From: Candidatus Woesearchaeota archaeon
GTDB lineage: Archaea; Nanobdellota; Nanobdellia; SCGC-AAA011-G17; ARS1403
DNA: 52,745 nucleotides
Assembly (NCBI GenBank): GCA_016181275.1
Contig: JACOZQ010000024.1
Span: forward strand, 661 to 53,405
Reading direction: 5' to 3'
The translations under genes were made by a program, and so were the position numbers. A model generated the notes under the pieces. It had not been told where the DNA came from. It made no database searches and worked only from the letters and a program-made list of their open reading frames with translations. Below are positions 36,769-45,972 of the stretch, piece by piece (position 1 is the first letter of the stretch; every line of letters starts with the position of its first letter).

Positions 36769-37544
36769 CAGATGAAAGTGTTAGAAGAATTGAGATATTA
36801 AAAGAAATTCCTTTTGATGGTGAAGGTGATACATTAGTAAATAGATTAAGAAAAATAACATTAAGGGGTTTCCCCGACATAAAAATATATGAAAATGCAA
36901 AGTTTGAAATGGTAAAATATGGTCCTAAAGATATATTAAGTAAACTACATACGCCACAATTAAGGGTTTACAGAGATCATCTAAACAGAATTGGTGTTTT
37001 AGCTGCACTATTTTTAAGAGAAGGGATTGATATCACCAATCTTGATAGGGGTTATGACTTCATTGCAACTTCTGAATCTGGAAAAGAAACTGAATGGACA
37101 ATGATGCCTCCTGTAATTGAAAGATTTTCTATCCCAAAAACAGAAGATGGAAGATTTGATTATGAAAATAATGAAATATCTGCAGATATACTGAAAGAAG
37201 CATTAAGAAAAGAAGGATTGTGGTTTAATCCTGATGCTCTTGCTCACAGGCATACAACAAGCGGCATTTATGATCTGATTAATGACGGATCACATAGAGT
37301 TCATTATGGATATGAAAAAGGTGGAATTACCGTTTTAAGAATTAGCAATATAACTCCTGGATTTCCTTATTATGCAATACCACAAAAATATAATATTAGG
37401 GTATTTTCAACAAGAGAGGAAGCATTAAACATTCCAGAAACAAAGATTCATGTTGTCCAGGAACCAGCTCATAAAAATTTATATCGCTTATTTCCATCGG
37501 GCGGAATCAAATCAGGTGATGTTAGACTCACAAAAAGTAAATAG
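36765..37544 (+). CDS. hypothetical protein with ParB/sulfiredoxin-like DGxHR motif
   Basis: MMPPVIE...LINDGSHRV; ATGA overlap with the HAD gene. Confidence 0.55.
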   Translation: MTDESVRRIEILKEIPFDGEGDTLVNRLRKITLRGFPDIKIYENAKFEMVKYGPKDILSKLHTPQLRVYRDHLNRIGVLAALFLREGIDITNLDRGYDFIATSESGKETEWTMMPPVIERFSIPKTEDGRFDYENNEISADILKEALRKEGLWFNPDALAHRHTTSGIYDLINDGSHRVHYGYEKGGITVLRISNITPGFPYYAIPQKYNIRVFSTREEALNIPETKIHVVQEPAHKNLYRLFPSGGIKSGDVRLTKSK

Positions 37545-37602
37545 ATTATATAATATATACTTTACAGTTTCATATTATTTATATATTATCCTGATTTTCA
37601 AA

Positions 37603-37650
37603 TATCAAGATATTGTTGTTATCAATTAAAAGATATACAACATATTGTAT
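37603..37650 (+). promoter_or_regulatory. tandem NrdR boxes
   Basis: TATCAAGATATTGTTG (37603-37618) and ATACAACATATTGTAT (37635-37650), 32 bp apart, resemble acaCwAtATaTwGtgt and lie downstream of TATA TTTATATA (about 37578). Confidence 0.8.
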
Positions 37651-37654
37651 AGGA

Positions 37655-38104
37655 ATGAAATGCCCTTATTGTGGTGATATGGAAAGCAAGGTCGTTGACA
37701 AGAGAAACAGCAGGCTTGACACTACAAGAAGAAGGCGTGAGTGCTTGAAATGCGGGAAGAGATTCACAACTTACGAAAAAATACATCAGGTTGAGCTTAA
37801 TGTTATTAAAAGAAACGGCAATCTTGAGCTGTTTAATAAAGAAAAAATAAGAACTGGCATGGTAAGGGCATGTGAAAAAAGACCTGTTACAATTGAGCAG
37901 ATAAATAGCATTGTTAACAAGATTGAAAGTGACCTGAGAAAATTCAAGACAACTGAAATTAAAAGCGAGCAGATAGGAAAAAAAGTTATAAATGCCTTAA
38001 AAAAGCTTGATAATGTAGCATATCTAAGATTTGCTTCTGTTTACAGGAGCTTTGATGATATTAAAGACTTTGAAAAGGAGATAAGAGAAATAAAAGTAAG
38101 GTGA
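37655..38104 (+). CDS. nrdR: transcriptional repressor NrdR
   Basis: MKCPYC...RRRRECLKCGKRFTTYE, ATP cone and VAYLRFASVYR. Confidence 0.97.
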   Translation: MKCPYCGDMESKVVDKRNSRLDTTRRRRECLKCGKRFTTYEKIHQVELNVIKRNGNLELFNKEKIRTGMVRACEKRPVTIEQINSIVNKIESDLRKFKTTEIKSEQIGKKVINALKKLDNVAYLRFASVYRSFDDIKDFEKEIREIKVR

Positions 38105-38130
38105 AATTTAATGAATAAAGAGGTGGTATC

Positions 38131-40998
38131 TTGCCAGAATTAATGGTTGTGAAAAGAACAGGCGATCTTGTTAATTTTGATAAGAACAGGATTGAGAGTG
38201 CCATACAAAAAGCAGTGACTGCAGTTGGCAATGGTGTTTCTGAAGGACAGGTAGGAAACGTTGTTAATGATATTTGCGACGAGATTCGCGACAGGTTTAT
38301 TGATTTCTATCCCAATGTTGAAAACATACAGGACATTGTTGAAAAGCACCTTGTAAAATCCGGCATGTATGAAGTTGCCAAAGCTTACATACTGTACAGA
38401 GCTGAGAGGCAGAAAGATAGAGAAAAAAGAAAAGAGCTCGACATTGAAAAAGCAAAAATTGGGAGATTGACAATTAAAAAGAGAGATGGAAGAACTGCAA
38501 TCTTTGACATTAAAAAAATAAGAAATAGTATATTAAGAGCTGCTAAAGGCTATGAAAACGACATTGATGTGGACTTGCTTTTGAAAGAAACTGTCAAGGG
38601 GATTTATGACAGCATTGATACAATTGGAATTGAGAAATCATTAATTCTCGGAGCGGTTTCATTTATTGAAAGAGATCCTGCTTATGGCTTTGTTGCAAGC
38701 AGATTATTCATGCAGAAATTAAGGAAAGAAGTTATTGGAGTTTCTATCTATAATGATAATTTAGAAACTGCTTATCGAGAAGCTTTTATTCGCGGCATTA
38801 AGAAAGGAGTTGAGAATGAGCTGCTGGATAGAAGAATGCTGGAATATGATCTTGGAAAATTAGCAGGTGCTTTAAAAATCGAGAGGGATGAATTAATACA
38901 ATATACAGGAATTCAAACTTTGTATGAAAGATACTTCATAAAATTAAATAATGGGCGGAGAATTGAGTTGCTGCAAAGTTTTTGGATGAGAGTTGCAATG
39001 GGGCTTGCTCTTATTGAAAATAAAAAAGAGGAGAAAGCATTGGAATTTTATGAGCTAATTTCAAGCTTTAGATATATCCCATCAACTCCAACTTTATTTA
39101 ATGCCGGGACAAATCATGCTCAGCTCAGCTCATGCTATCTGACGACGGTTTTAGATGATTTAGATCATATATTCAAGTGCATCCGCGACAATGCTCATCT
39201 TTCTAAATGGGCCGGTGGCATTGGAAATGACTGGAGCAATATTCGAGCTACAAATGCATTGATTAAAAGCACTCAAGCTGAAAGCCAGGGAGTTATTCCA
39301 TTTTTGAAAATAGCTAATGATGTAACTGCAGCAATATCACGAACAGGAAAAAGAAGAGGCGGAACCTGCGCTTATCTTGAAACATGGCACCTCGATATTG
39401 AAGAATTTCTTGATTTGAGAAAAAATACAGGAGATGAAAGAAGAAGGACACATGACATGAATACTGCTAATTGGATTCCTGATCTTTTTATGAAAAGAGT
39501 TTTAGAAAATAAAAATTGGACTTTATTCTCTCCTGAAGAAGTTCCTGATCTGCATCATCTTTATGGAAAAAGGTTTGAAGAAAGATATGAGCATTATGAA
39601 AATCTTGCAAAACAGGGAAGATTTAGAATGTATAAAACTATTGAAGCTAAAAAATTATGGAAAAAAATGCTGAGCATGATATTTGAAACAGGGCATCCAT
39701 GGATTACATTTAAGGACCCGTGCAATATTCGCAGCCCACAAGATCATACTGGCGTGATTCATAGCTCAAATTTATGCACTGAGATAACTTTAAACACTTC
39801 TGAAGAAGAGAATGCTGTATGTAATTTGGGAAGCATAAATCTTCCAATGCACATCATCAACGGAAAATTAGATGAGGAATTAATTTCCAGAACTGTTCGA
39901 GCTGCTGTAAGAATGCTTGATAACGTTATTGACCTAAATTTTTATCCCACAAAGGAAGCTGAGAATTCAAATAAAAGACACAGGCCTGTCGGGCTTGGAA
40001 TAATGGGATTACAAGATGCTTTGTTTATGCTAAACTTCAGCTTTGATTCTAAAGAATCTCTTGAATTTTCAGATTTTTCCATGGAGATGATTTCCTATTA
40101 TTCTATTTTAACTTCTTCTGAGCTGGCAAAAGAAAAAGGAAAATATCAAAGCTATGAAGGAAGCAAGTGGAGCAAAGGAATTTTCCCAATTAATACAATC
40201 AAACTTCTTGAAGAGCAAAGAGGAATGGAAATTGATATTGACAGAGATGAAAAACTAAATTGGAATATTGTAAGAGAGCATGTGAAAGAAAATGGAATGA
40301 GAAATTCAAATGTAATGGCAATTGCTCCAACTGCAAGCATATCAACAATAGTCAATTGCTATCCATGCATTGAACCAATTTATAAAAATATTTATGTAAA
40401 AGCAAATATAAGCGGAGAATTTACTGTAGTTAATTCTTATCTCATTGATGATCTGAAAAAAATCGGGATGTGGAACAGGGAAATGCTTGATCAGCTCAAA
40501 TACTATGATGGAAATGTTTCTTTGATCACTGGAATTCCTGAAAACATTAAAAATAAATATAAAGAAGCATTCGATGTCGATCCATTTGCAATGATTGACA
40601 TGACTGCAGCCCGAGCAAAATGGATAGACCAAAGCCAGAGCTATAATATATTTGTCAAAGGAACATCTGGAAAGTTGCTTAATGATATTTATTTCTATGC
40701 CTGGAAGAAAGGACTGAAAACAACATATTATCTCAGAACTTTAGCTGCCAGCCAAATAGAAAAATCAACACTTGACACAAAATATGGATTCACGCAAAAA
40801 AGAGAATATAACCTTGTAAACGAGGAGAGAAATAGCAATGAAAAACAAAAAACAATTGTTCCAGACACTCCTAAAGACAACCTGTTGAAAAAATATTCTA
40901 TTAATTCTGAAAAAGAATTTGCAGAAGATAATAAAAACGATGAGAAAGAAATAAAGCTTTGCTTGATAGAAAATCCTGATTGCGAAGCATGCCAGTGA
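38131..40998 (+). CDS. nrdA: class I ribonucleotide reductase alpha subunit with two ATP cones
   Basis: Two cones (VVKRTG, IKKRDG), STPTLFNAG, LSSCY, SNLCTEI, CNLGS, APTAS, TYYLR and C-terminal CEACQ. TTG start with GAGGTG. Confidence 0.97.
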   Translation: MPELMVVKRTGDLVNFDKNRIESAIQKAVTAVGNGVSEGQVGNVVNDICDEIRDRFIDFYPNVENIQDIVEKHLVKSGMYEVAKAYILYRAERQKDREKRKELDIEKAKIGRLTIKKRDGRTAIFDIKKIRNSILRAAKGYENDIDVDLLLKETVKGIYDSIDTIGIEKSLILGAVSFIERDPAYGFVASRLFMQKLRKEVIGVSIYNDNLETAYREAFIRGIKKGVENELLDRRMLEYDLGKLAGALKIERDELIQYTGIQTLYERYFIKLNNGRRIELLQSFWMRVAMGLALIENKKEEKALEFYELISSFRYIPSTPTLFNAGTNHAQLSSCYLTTVLDDLDHIFKCIRDNAHLSKWAGGIGNDWSNIRATNALIKSTQAESQGVIPFLKIANDVTAAISRTGKRRGGTCAYLETWHLDIEEFLDLRKNTGDERRRTHDMNTANWIPDLFMKRVLENKNWTLFSPEEVPDLHHLYGKRFEERYEHYENLAKQGRFRMYKTIEAKKLWKKMLSMIFETGHPWITFKDPCNIRSPQDHTGVIHSSNLCTEITLNTSEEENAVCNLGSINLPMHIINGKLDEELISRTVRAAVRMLDNVIDLNFYPTKEAENSNKRHRPVGLGIMGLQDALFMLNFSFDSKESLEFSDFSMEMISYYSILTSSELAKEKGKYQSYEGSKWSKGIFPINTIKLLEEQRGMEIDIDRDEKLNWNIVREHVKENGMRNSNVMAIAPTASISTIVNCYPCIEPIYKNIYVKANISGEFTVVNSYLIDDLKKIGMWNREMLDQLKYYDGNVSLITGIPENIKNKYKEAFDVDPFAMIDMTAARAKWIDQSQSYNIFVKGTSGKLLNDIYFYAWKKGLKTTYYLRTLAASQIEKSTLDTKYGFTQKREYNLVNEERNSNEKQKTIVPDTPKDNLLKKYSINSEKEFAEDNKNDEKEIKLCLIENPDCEACQ

Positions 40999-41036
40999 TA
41001 ATAAAACAATTGAGATGATAAAACAAGGGAGATAAA

Positions 41037-42029
41037 ATGCCGATAATAAATAATTCAAAGACAGACCCAAATAAAATTTTGCCTATGACATATTTATGGG
41101 CCAGGAAACATTACAAAGACGGAGTAAATAATAACTGGACACCTGAAGAGATAAGCATGCAGAAAGATGTTGAGCAATGGAAATCTGCTAAATTAAGCAA
41201 TGATGAACGAAGGCTGATACTTTGGAATTTAGGATTTTTTTCCACAGCTGAATCCTTAACAGCTAATAATATTGTGCTTGCTATTTATAGGCATGTCACA
41301 AATCCTGAATGCAGGCAATATTTATTGAGACAGGGTTATGAAGAAGCAATACATACAGATACATTTATTTACTGCTGCGATACTCTAGGCCTAGATCCTG
41401 ATGATATCTATAACATGTACAAGACAATTCCCAGCATTCGCGAGAAGGATAATTTTGTAGTTGAGCTGACTGAAAGCATCTTTGATCCAAATTTTTCAAC
41501 AAACGGAATCGAAAACATCCGCAAATTTTTGCACGATTTAATTGGGTATTATGTCATCATGGAAGGAATATTTTTCTATGCAGGATTTGCAATGATGCTT
41601 GCCATGAAAAGACAAAACAAAATGATTGGTGTCGGTGAGCAATTCGAATACATAATGAGGGATGAAAGCCTGCATCTGGCTTTTGGCTGCGACCTGATAA
41701 ATACAATTAAAGATGAGAATCCTGAAATATGGGACGAAGAATTCAGAAAAGAAATTCTTGAGCTGATTAAGAAGGCAGTTGACTTTGAAAAAAAATATGC
41801 TTATGATGCCTGTCCCCGTGGCTTGCTGGGAATAAAGGCTGAAACATTCTGCGAATATGTGGAGTATATAACTGACAGAAGGCTTGAAAGAATCGGCCTG
41901 CCAAAATTATTCCATATTGAAAATCCTTTTCCCTGGATGTCCCAGTCTGTTGACTTGTCAAAAGAGAAAAACTTTTTTGAGACAAGAGTTACTGAATATC
42001 AAAGCGCTGGAGCTTTGCAATGGGATTAG
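41037..42029 (+). CDS. nrdB: ribonucleotide reductase beta subunit, class Ic-type (R2c)
   Basis: FFSTAESL, EEAIHTDTF, EGIFFYAGF, RDESLH and NFFETRVTEY. Confidence 0.95.
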   Translation: MPIINNSKTDPNKILPMTYLWARKHYKDGVNNNWTPEEISMQKDVEQWKSAKLSNDERRLILWNLGFFSTAESLTANNIVLAIYRHVTNPECRQYLLRQGYEEAIHTDTFIYCCDTLGLDPDDIYNMYKTIPSIREKDNFVVELTESIFDPNFSTNGIENIRKFLHDLIGYYVIMEGIFFYAGFAMMLAMKRQNKMIGVGEQFEYIMRDESLHLAFGCDLINTIKDENPEIWDEEFRKEILELIKKAVDFEKKYAYDACPRGLLGIKAETFCEYVEYITDRRLERIGLPKLFHIENPFPWMSQSVDLSKEKNFFETRVTEYQSAGALQWD

Positions 42030-42060
42030 ATTTATAAATCAAATATTGGTTAAATTGAAC

Positions 42061-42264
42061 ATGACAAAATATAAAGTTCATGTTACGGATGATTGTATTG
42101 CATGCAATGCCTGCGTTTCTGCATGTGAAGAAAATTTTGAGATGAATGATGATAATACAAAAGCAAAAGTTAAAAAATCTGTAATTTCCGACAAAGAGCT
42201 TGCTAAAAACCAGGAAGCAAAAGAGATCTGCCCTGTTGAAGCAATAAAAATTGAGGAAAGCTAA
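42061..42264 (+). CDS. ferredoxin (single cluster)
   Basis: CIACNAC...C...CPVEAI; the true start is ATG 42061. Confidence 0.9.
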   Translation: MTKYKVHVTDDCIACNACVSACEENFEMNDDNTKAKVKKSVISDKELAKNQEAKEICPVEAIKIEES

Positions 42265-42273
42265 TTAAATTCT

Positions 42274-42498
42274 TTATAACCTAGATTCGATAGTTTCATT
42301 ATCTTCGCTTAAAGGATGAATTTCGGCATGCCTTCTTGAAACATAAATCTCCCTTCCTGGATGATAAACTGAGCTGAACACATAATTATTTGATTCTATT
42401 CTTGCAAGAACACCAATTTCCTTCTTGCTTTTATCATGCTCATAAACTATTAGAACAGGACTTCCAACCATAGATTCCTCATTTTTTTCTTTATTCAT
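42274..42498 (-). CDS. small hypothetical protein
   Basis: MNKEKNEESMVGSPVLIVYEH...; beta-rich. The start is uncertain. Confidence 0.45.
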   Translation of the reverse strand: MNKEKNEESMVGSPVLIVYEHDKSKKEIGVLARIESNNYVFSSVYHPGREIYVSRRHAEIHPLSEDNETIESRL

Positions 42499-42556
42499 GC
42501 CGTTTTTTCTGAATAAGATATATATAATTCTGCTTGTTAAAATATTAAACAATTGT

Positions 42557-43630
42557 TTAGATTAAATCTTTTCTATAACTCTTATATAGATTATTCAACT
42601 TAATTGTTCTTTCTTTTATTATCTCGCTCGGGATTTGTTTTAATTTTGAAGCATGAGTTCCTGGACGAGAAGAGAATTTTGAGATGTTTAAAACTTCTGG
42701 CTTTGCTTCTTTTATTAGATCATAAGTAAGCTCAAAATCTTTTTCTGTCTCCGTCGGATAACCAGTTATAATATCTGTCGCTATTGAAATCTCTGGAAAT
42801 TTTTTCCTAAATGCTTTAACTGCTTCCTTATAATTCTCAACGGTGTGAATTCTTTTCATATCCTTTAAAATTTTCTCAGAGCCAGACTGAACGGGGATGT
42901 GCAGGAATTTCATTATTTTTTCTGATTTATAAGACTGCAAGAGCTGAGGAAGTATTTTTGCCAGATGCCATGGGTTCATCATTCCTACTCGAATAATATA
43001 ATCACCTTCAATTGTTACTATCTCATTCAATAACTCTGGAAGAGATGTTTTTATATCAAATCCATAACATCCATTGTCTTGGCTTGTAAGATAAATTTTT
43101 TTGCATCCTTCTTTGACTGCTTTTTCAGTGCTTCTCTTTATGTCTCCAATTCTATAAGAGCGAAGACTTCCTCGAGCTAATTTCGTCGCGCAGAATGTAC
43201 AAGAATTCAAGCATCCCTCCCCTATGGAAATAATTCCAATGCTTTTATCCTTTCTTATTATTGGAGCTGAAATCCTATTTTCTTTTTTATCTGAAAAATG
43301 ATCCTGCTCTGTCTGCAAAACTTGATCAATTTTTAAAATAGAATTTGTGTCAAAAACTGCTATAACTCCTGGAGCATATTTTTTTATGTCCAGTGTTTTT
43401 GTCAAGCATCCGCCAACGATAATTTTCTTATTTTTTGATTTCTCTTTTATGTAATGCAGCTCCTTTGATTGAGTCGCATTCTTTACAGAGCATGTATTAA
43501 CAATTATTGCATCTGCTTCTTCTTCGTTTTCAACTAGTTTGTAATTTTTGTTTTTTAAAATTCCTGCAATCTGTTCTGAATCTGATATATTTGCCTGGCA
43601 GCCAAATGTTTTAATAAATATTTTATTCAT
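42557..43630 (-). CDS. tRNA methylthiotransferase (MiaB/MtaB-like radical SAM), no TRAM domain
   Basis: TFGCQAN, NTCSV, GGC, CLNSCTFC, HIPVQSGS, TDIITGYPTET and FSSRPGT. Confidence 0.92.
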   Translation of the reverse strand: MNKIFIKTFGCQANISDSEQIAGILKNKNYKLVENEEEADAIIVNTCSVKNATQSKELHYIKEKSKNKKIIVGGCLTKTLDIKKYAPGVIAVFDTNSILKIDQVLQTEQDHFSDKKENRISAPIIRKDKSIGIISIGEGCLNSCTFCATKLARGSLRSYRIGDIKRSTEKAVKEGCKKIYLTSQDNGCYGFDIKTSLPELLNEIVTIEGDYIIRVGMMNPWHLAKILPQLLQSYKSEKIMKFLHIPVQSGSEKILKDMKRIHTVENYKEAVKAFRKKFPEISIATDIITGYPTETEKDFELTYDLIKEAKPEVLNISKFSSRPGTHASKLKQIPSEIIKERTIKLNNLYKSYRKDLI

Positions 43631-43661
43631 AGAAATAAAGATAGAAAAATGGTTTAAAAAT

Positions 43662-43964
43662 TTAATGCCCCTGACAGGCAGAATCTGTAGGCACCTCTGT
43701 TTTCATATTCTTTTTAATAATAAATTTATTTTCAACTAAATACTGCTCCACTTCATCTCCAGAAACATCAATCAGCATTTTTCCATTAACTTCAACACAA
43801 GGCGAGAGAGTTTTACCTGATTTTTCTACCATTTCCTGAAATTGCACTTGCTCATTTATTATATCTCTATCTTCATACTTCAAATTATACTTCTTCATTA
43901 TCTCGCGAACACCCATGCTCCATCCGCATTGCGGTTTTAGATAAGCAATAATTTTTAGTTCCAT
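43662..43964 (-). CDS. monothiol glutaredoxin-like protein
   Basis: YLKPQCGWS, SG..LSPCVEVNG. Confidence 0.85.
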   Translation of the reverse strand: MELKIIAYLKPQCGWSMGVREIMKKYNLKYEDRDIINEQVQFQEMVEKSGKTLSPCVEVNGKMLIDVSGDEVEQYLVENKFIIKKNMKTEVPTDSACQGH

Positions 43965-44004
43965 AGTAATTTAAGGATATATTAGGTTTTATAACTTTTT
44001 TGCT

Positions 44005-45747
44005 TTAACTTTTAAAATAATTTGCTATCCTTCTGTAAACTTGCGCTTCCCTCTCCTTCCCTTGAGCTTCTGCTACAATTGCACAATTTCCAAAGTCTAA
44101 ATACCTTTCATAATCTTCTATTACTCCTTTAGGAAGTCTAGGCACACTTAATCCGTACTCTTTAGCAAAGGAGATTGCTCTCACATAATGCCTATTTTTT
44201 ACAAGAAGTTTTACAGCAGAATTTGCTATTTGTACAGGCCTTCTTAAATCTGTTCCTATCTTGGATTTTTCAATTGCTTTTTTTAGCTGATCAACTCCAT
44301 ATTCTAATTCTTCACTAACATAAACTCTTCTCTCTCCTGACAAGGACAAATCCGCTTCTTGCAATAAAAGATCTATTTTTTCTTCTGTATCTTCTGTATA
44401 ATCTAAAGCACGATCATACATTTTTGCTTTGATTAACAAATCTTTTATAGTTTTTTTATCCCTTCTCAAATTTCTGGAAATTTCAACCTGTGCAGCTTCT
44501 TCAAATCTGCCTTGACTTTGATATTCATTAGACAACCAATCAACTAAACCTAACTTATTTGTTAGTTCTATCTTTTTTCTTTGATCTCTAACTATCCAAA
44601 CATATTCTCTTGCTCTATCTCCAACTTTATCAAGTAAATTAGTTTCTACAAATTCTCCTATCTTTCTTAAAGTGGGCGATTGTTCTTGTTCACGCCATTC
44701 CATGTTTTTTTGTGCATTTTCTAATAATTTTACTGCTTGATTAAATGCTAATTCATAATCCTCAAGTTTATGATATAAATGTATAGTTTGAACTTGTGCT
44801 GGAGATTTTTCTAATATTTTTAAGAATCTTCTTTTTGTTGAAGTTCTTTCCTCTTCTGAAAATTCTCTTGTGAATCTATCCACCCAAGATATCGCTTTTT
44901 CCGCAACTTCTTCTGGATCTTTCTCTTTCCCAATGTTAGCTTCAATATCTGAAAATTCATCTTCTAAAGCTCGTCTTCTAACTTTTGTAACCTCTAAAGA
45001 TTTATAACCCCATTCAACTAATCTGTCAATTGCATTTCCCCAATATTTTCTTTCAATATCCAAGTCTATTAATGACTGCCTTAAAATCTGGATAGATTGA
45101 CTATCTTTTTCCACAAATTCTAAAGCCCTTTCAAGAAGCCCATTATATTTCTGATCCCAGAAAAAATCTTTTTCTCTTAATCTTGGCTCTGCATCTTGAC
45201 AAACCTTAACAACTCTTTTAGGATTTAATTCACTAGCAACTTTCAATGCCGCTTCAAACTCCATACATTGCTCCAATTGAGTAATTGCTTCTTCCTGTCT
45301 TCCTGAAGGTAAAAGAACATAATCGACCAAGGATTTTTTAAGCTTGTATGCTTCATCAATTCTTTCTCCTTCCATGGCAATTCCTGGAATAGGACTATCT
45401 GTAATATCATGCTTTGGTTTGCCCGGAATTATACTTTGGATTCTCTCTGTTAAAAGATTTAATCTATCATATTTTAATGTTATCAAAAAAAATGTCCTAA
45501 AATCGCCGTTTTTATATGCTCTCTCTAATGCTTGATTAACAACCAGGTCTTCCACTACTGGAAATGTTGTTTCAACATCAAAGATTGTTTTCCAACTATT
45601 ACTAAATTGACCAACTCTTTGAGAAACAACTCTCGCACCTTCATATAACAAGAAAGATTTTGCTTCAGGAGTTTTTAAGACTCCTTCTGTTCCTCCATCA
45701 AATGGATTCCATTCAACCAAATCACTTCTTCGAGCAGTATTAGGCAT
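44005..45747 (-). CDS. hypothetical alpha-helical repeat (TPR/clathrin-like) protein
   Basis: 580 aa, helical, with repeats such as YHKLEDYELA, YQSQGRFEEAA, LIKAKMYDRA and LVKNRHYVRA. Confidence 0.7.
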   Translation of the reverse strand: MPNTARRSDLVEWNPFDGGTEGVLKTPEAKSFLLYEGARVVSQRVGQFSNSWKTIFDVETTFPVVEDLVVNQALERAYKNGDFRTFFLITLKYDRLNLLTERIQSIIPGKPKHDITDSPIPGIAMEGERIDEAYKLKKSLVDYVLLPSGRQEEAITQLEQCMEFEAALKVASELNPKRVVKVCQDAEPRLREKDFFWDQKYNGLLERALEFVEKDSQSIQILRQSLIDLDIERKYWGNAIDRLVEWGYKSLEVTKVRRRALEDEFSDIEANIGKEKDPEEVAEKAISWVDRFTREFSEEERTSTKRRFLKILEKSPAQVQTIHLYHKLEDYELAFNQAVKLLENAQKNMEWREQEQSPTLRKIGEFVETNLLDKVGDRAREYVWIVRDQRKKIELTNKLGLVDWLSNEYQSQGRFEEAAQVEISRNLRRDKKTIKDLLIKAKMYDRALDYTEDTEEKIDLLLQEADLSLSGERRVYVSEELEYGVDQLKKAIEKSKIGTDLRRPVQIANSAVKLLVKNRHYVRAISFAKEYGLSVPRLPKGVIEDYERYLDFGNCAIVAEAQGKEREAQVYRRIANYFKS

Positions 45748-45812
45748 AAAAATGATTTACAATCAGAATATATAAACAAGATTATTCTCTATTCAATATT
45801 TTAAAATTATAG

Positions 45813-45892
45813 TGATGAACAGCATCCTGGCTTCTCATGCTAAAGCACAGTACAACCCAAGATGTGAGCCTGCTTAATTCTAGTTTCGGAAT
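45813..45892 (-). pseudogene. diverged 3'-part of a 5S rRNA gene
   Basis: The reverse strand reads ATTCCGAAACTAGAATTAAGCAGGCTCACATC...TGTACT...GATGCTGTTCATCA, sharing TTAAGCAGG, TGTACT and TGCTGTTCATCA with the intact 5S. Confidence 0.75.
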
Positions 45893-45972
45893 ATATAAAA
45901 TTATTTCGGTTGTAAATTACTGCCATTCAAGAACCGAAATGTTTATAAATATGTTATTATAGTAGATAATAT

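Noticed and set aside
37613..37654. TTG-started extension of nrdR
   Set aside because: It spans the NrdR boxes; NrdR proteins start at MxCPxC (37655).
41884..42060. N-terminal extension of the ferredoxin ORF
   Set aside because: It overlaps nrdB. The ferredoxin motif begins at ATG 42061, downstream of a TTTATAAA box.
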